64,000 nt of DNA from a virus (Duplodnaviria; Heunggongvirae; Uroviricota; Caudoviricetes), in IMG/VR virus record IMGVR_UViG_3300015615_000881; one strand, 5' to 3'. Under the pieces are notes generated by a model. It saw only the letters and a program-made list of their open reading frames with translations. It did no database searches and had not been told where the DNA came from. The first letter of the stretch is position 1; the number at the start of each line of letters is the position of its first letter. The translations under genes and the position numbers were made by a program. Shown here in pieces: positions 62,601-64,000 of the stretch.

Positions 62601-63918
62601 CGAACTCCCACTCATTATCCTTGTCGCCTTCAGTCCGGGGCTTCTTACACTTGCGGCCCCAACCGTGGTAGAACGGGTTGGGCTTTGGTTCAGAGCGTTC
62701 GTGTTGGACCCACAAGCCACAGGCGATGAGGGTCTCGAGTTTGAACTCCTTCTCGAGAGAGAGAAGGATTTCCTTGTTGGAATGGTTGTTGGATTTGAGA
62801 GGCTGCCGGGTGTCGGCGATGAGGCCGCGTTTGATCCATGTTTTTTGGGCGTCGTCGTCGGTGAGAGAGATCCGGTTGTAGAACACGGCGAGCGCATCGG
62901 AGACTGATCGATCATCTTCACCGTCGTCCGGGCCATCAGGCGGAGGACCGCCAGGCGGTTCGGACGGTGGCCCAGTGGGCGGTTGGAATACTGAAATAGA
63001 AGGCGCTCCGGCAGAATGGGGCACTGCTGATGCAGCGTCCTGCGGAGCGCTCGGAGTCCCTTCGGGTTTACCTGCACCGGGGGATTGTTCCGTGAACAAC
63101 TGGGGACCATCCGGAAGAGCGGGAGAACTTTCGGATGCAGCGGGGCTGCCAGTTGAAAGCGAAGAAATCAGTACGGCACGAGGTTGCCTTGGAGAAAGGA
63201 AAGGCCCCACGACCCCTAGCCGTTCCAGTTCTTCAATTATTTTCGCGGCTACAGAGTTCCCGATGCGCAAATTGGCCTTGATTTCGCGCGCGGAACACGA
63301 CTGGGTCCGGATCACCAGGTCGCGGGCGGCGGCCACCCGGGCGGCCATGATCAACTCGGGCGTGAGCTCCGCGACTGCGACTGTTGCAGCGGGGGGCGGA
63401 TTCGTTGCATCCGGAGGCGGAATCGTTTCACCAGCCGCTGCAGTTGTCTCACTCTCAGGTTCGGGGACTTGTGGCTCTGAAGGTTCGGACGGTGGTTCGG
63501 GGAGGGCGGATGGAGGTGGAATGACGGCGGCGGCTTCTGGATCAACAGGCCCGGAGACCCGGCGGGGGCGCTGGCCGGGCATGATGCTGGGTGAGTGGGT
63601 CGGTTCCTTCCATACACCAGCTTCCTTGAGGTAGGTCTTGAAGGCCTCCGCGCGGCCAATGGACAGCTTGTAGCCGAGGTATCCGACCTCGTCGAACGAC
63701 GCCTTTGGCCCGCTGGTGCCGCTGGGGCACGACGTGTGGAAACACTTGAACCACTGGCGGGATCCACGCTCGGAAACGCTGGCACCGGACTTCCGGCAGA
63801 AAGGGCATGGAAACCCTTTCCACTTGCCATTCTGAGGGCCGTCTCCGTACTGTTCCATCAACAGCTTGAGCGGCAGAGCAGCCCTGGCGTCCTCGATCCT
63901 TGCGTTATCAGCACTCAC
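59662..63918 (-). CDS. bifunctional DNA primase / SF3 (D5-like) helicase, P4-alpha-like, with FtsK-gamma-like winged helix
   Basis: CHC2 zinc finger FPCPFC...FKCFHTSC. A Pro-rich linker. wHTH LRIGNSVAAKIIEELERLGVVGP. TOPRIM motifs IICEGEFKALA and VAFDNEDKG. Walker A GEKGKGKSS and Walker B WLEEFQTD. Length 1418 aa. Confidence 0.75.
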   Translation of the reverse strand: MSADNARIEDARAALPLKLLMEQYGDGPQNGKWKGFPCPFCRKSGASVSERGSRQWFKCFHTSCPSGTSGPKASFDEVGYLGYKLSIGRAEAFKTYLKEAGVWKEPTHSPSIMPGQRPRRVSGPVDPEAAAVIPPPSALPEPPSEPSEPQVPEPESETTAAAGETIPPPDATNPPPAATVAVAELTPELIMAARVAAARDLVIRTQSCSAREIKANLRIGNSVAAKIIEELERLGVVGPFLSPRQPRAVLISSLSTGSPAASESSPALPDGPQLFTEQSPGAGKPEGTPSAPQDAASAVPHSAGAPSISVFQPPTGPPSEPPGGPPPDGPDDGEDDRSVSDALAVFYNRISLTDDDAQKTWIKRGLIADTRQPLKSNNHSNKEILLSLEKEFKLETLIACGLWVQHERSEPKPNPFYHGWGRKCKKPRTEGDKDNEWEFDWTQPILIPYFDDRGRLLQLRPHKEMLKGRSPHLYVPFPDRQNQRKFDTAIICEGEFKALAVSQVLGDLRKEDGTAAFGVAALPGISMSKSSGGSWWVRAALEKWLRSSGARRVCVAFDNEDKGNPNLPGFKKDPWKRYDTQVWARYLAEQLARDGYDARVCVLPNDWRDENGKADWDGHLSHLLHSDQPAAEPDWLSRKPPIQKVFVEVLKKSHTVSSFRQLGLFSEDEEKTIHRKLRAISYEPKLPRAGDREKWLVRKLTDFVWECRRKQGRIPDAALTYLSWLSRQYRELTEGYYQLKPLPRKDKVPDDANYEQNWRFRREIAHHQHDLDYEWACSIALEGVPEQFTDFYMIPLHILQKESGELRRLVRIFNIHGEKTEVLDLDAESWSAPKQMRVWLNLHANATWGAGEREMQNLQKDMANALAHKSVLEVPYFGWHSRSKLWFFDDLILGDNVELTPDKQTGILWHEGKGYKMADRDHEGEEFKLGRPLMRPDINAKDVWLDAVGGKFESENEAIVDLFQNVSTRLNDALGGYEGYLTLGMMLAYAAAPELYQKFTAFPGLWLHGEKGKGKSSTAKWLQHIWGFTKDVGIVLKGSSRVGICIVLQQYSNLPVWLEEFQTDSPPEIIETIKNSYNREAGIKKTFGEGMRRILGSVVVTGIATSSDAQVRSRFPHIQVSDQKRRVNHFDWFQANCDQFYLLGRHLLRNRPKFVQGVLENLEKWMADPAIESIEQRARYVYGVGYSAMASMVSLLNSHSPTDIKQFHRFTLVECAAGSATVAENVDVNRIWTDIVNALRAGVFGHGRADLSKMFKARRLGESIHPPGVDPHDAHEECVHCFRGIRWVSYRLYFVHGVVLDLLQRHYRQQGKTMSLNHSDLKSQMSQRRSWVNPPNGCVHKQRFGDAPAGSNCWAVDLDFHELGYQPVTDDVMRDSWEKSPGVSWPTGEWVDPRKGELFEIVHAVEPKDGEENLPGTT

Positions 63919-64000
63919 GCAAGGTCACACACGAGGCACAATCAGGAGTTATTAGCTTGATAATAAACATCTTAGACAGGTAAGTTCGAATTTACACTTC

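Noticed and set aside
1-64000. CRISPR array, diversity-generating retroelement, or integrase
   Set aside because: No short direct repeats with unique spacers were found. No reverse-transcriptase motifs (YxDD) appear in any ORF. No tyrosine or serine recombinase signatures were seen.

Overview
This 64-kb window reads as one contiguous tailed-phage or prophage region, about 62-65% GC, with every credible gene on the minus strand; the candidate undescribed systems are a recurring 19-bp palindromic element at module boundaries, a five-gene secreted-protein operon inside the structural region, a nucleic-acid-modification-like gene island (36.4-41.4 kb) and a nucleotide-sugar/dNMP-kinase module (0.1-4.8 kb). 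Many junctions are ATGA or GTGA stop-start overlaps, which suggests translational coupling. All long plus-strand ORFs look like GC-rich antisense artefacts. No integrase, attachment site, CRISPR array or reverse transcriptase was seen, so whether the element is integrated cannot be decided from this window.

Reading in the direction of transcription (high to low coordinates) the modules are:
- a P4-alpha-like primase-helicase (59.6-63.9 kb);
- a block of very large unclassifiable proteins, small cysteine-rich proteins and lipoproteins (49.6-59.4 kb);
- a multi-target-recognition-domain C5 DNA methyltransferase and an internally deleted N6/N4 methyltransferase remnant;
- an SPFH protein and a MazG pyrophosphohydrolase;
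- a terminase-like ATPase;
- a gene island at 36.4-41.4 kb encoding PD-(D/E)xK, DUF5131, cupin, DUF4031 and ASCH-domain proteins;
- a tail fibre with HxH collar repeats and a malectin-like C-terminus (33.4-35.1 kb);
- an operon of five signal-peptide proteins (26.4-33.3 kb);
- a lysis-like cassette (24.6-26.4 kb);
- a BNR protein, a 60-bp tandem-repeat protein, scaffold and major capsid, then three paralogous repeat-domain proteins;
- an SLT lytic transglycosylase and an embedded tRNA(CAT);
- a tail tube, the G/GT chaperone pair with a canonical A_AAT_TTT -1 slippery site, and the tape measure protein;
- finally a glycosyltransferase, metallophosphoesterase, dNMP kinase and dTDP-glucose dehydratase cluster (0.1-4.8 kb).

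Three non-coding signals stand out. A conserved element of the GTCAACAGAATCTGTTGAC family, perfectly palindromic at one locus, recurs at eight or more module boundaries. A 60-bp tandem array sits inside one gene. A 112-nt tRNA-like element at 56.3 kb could not be folded as a standard tRNA.
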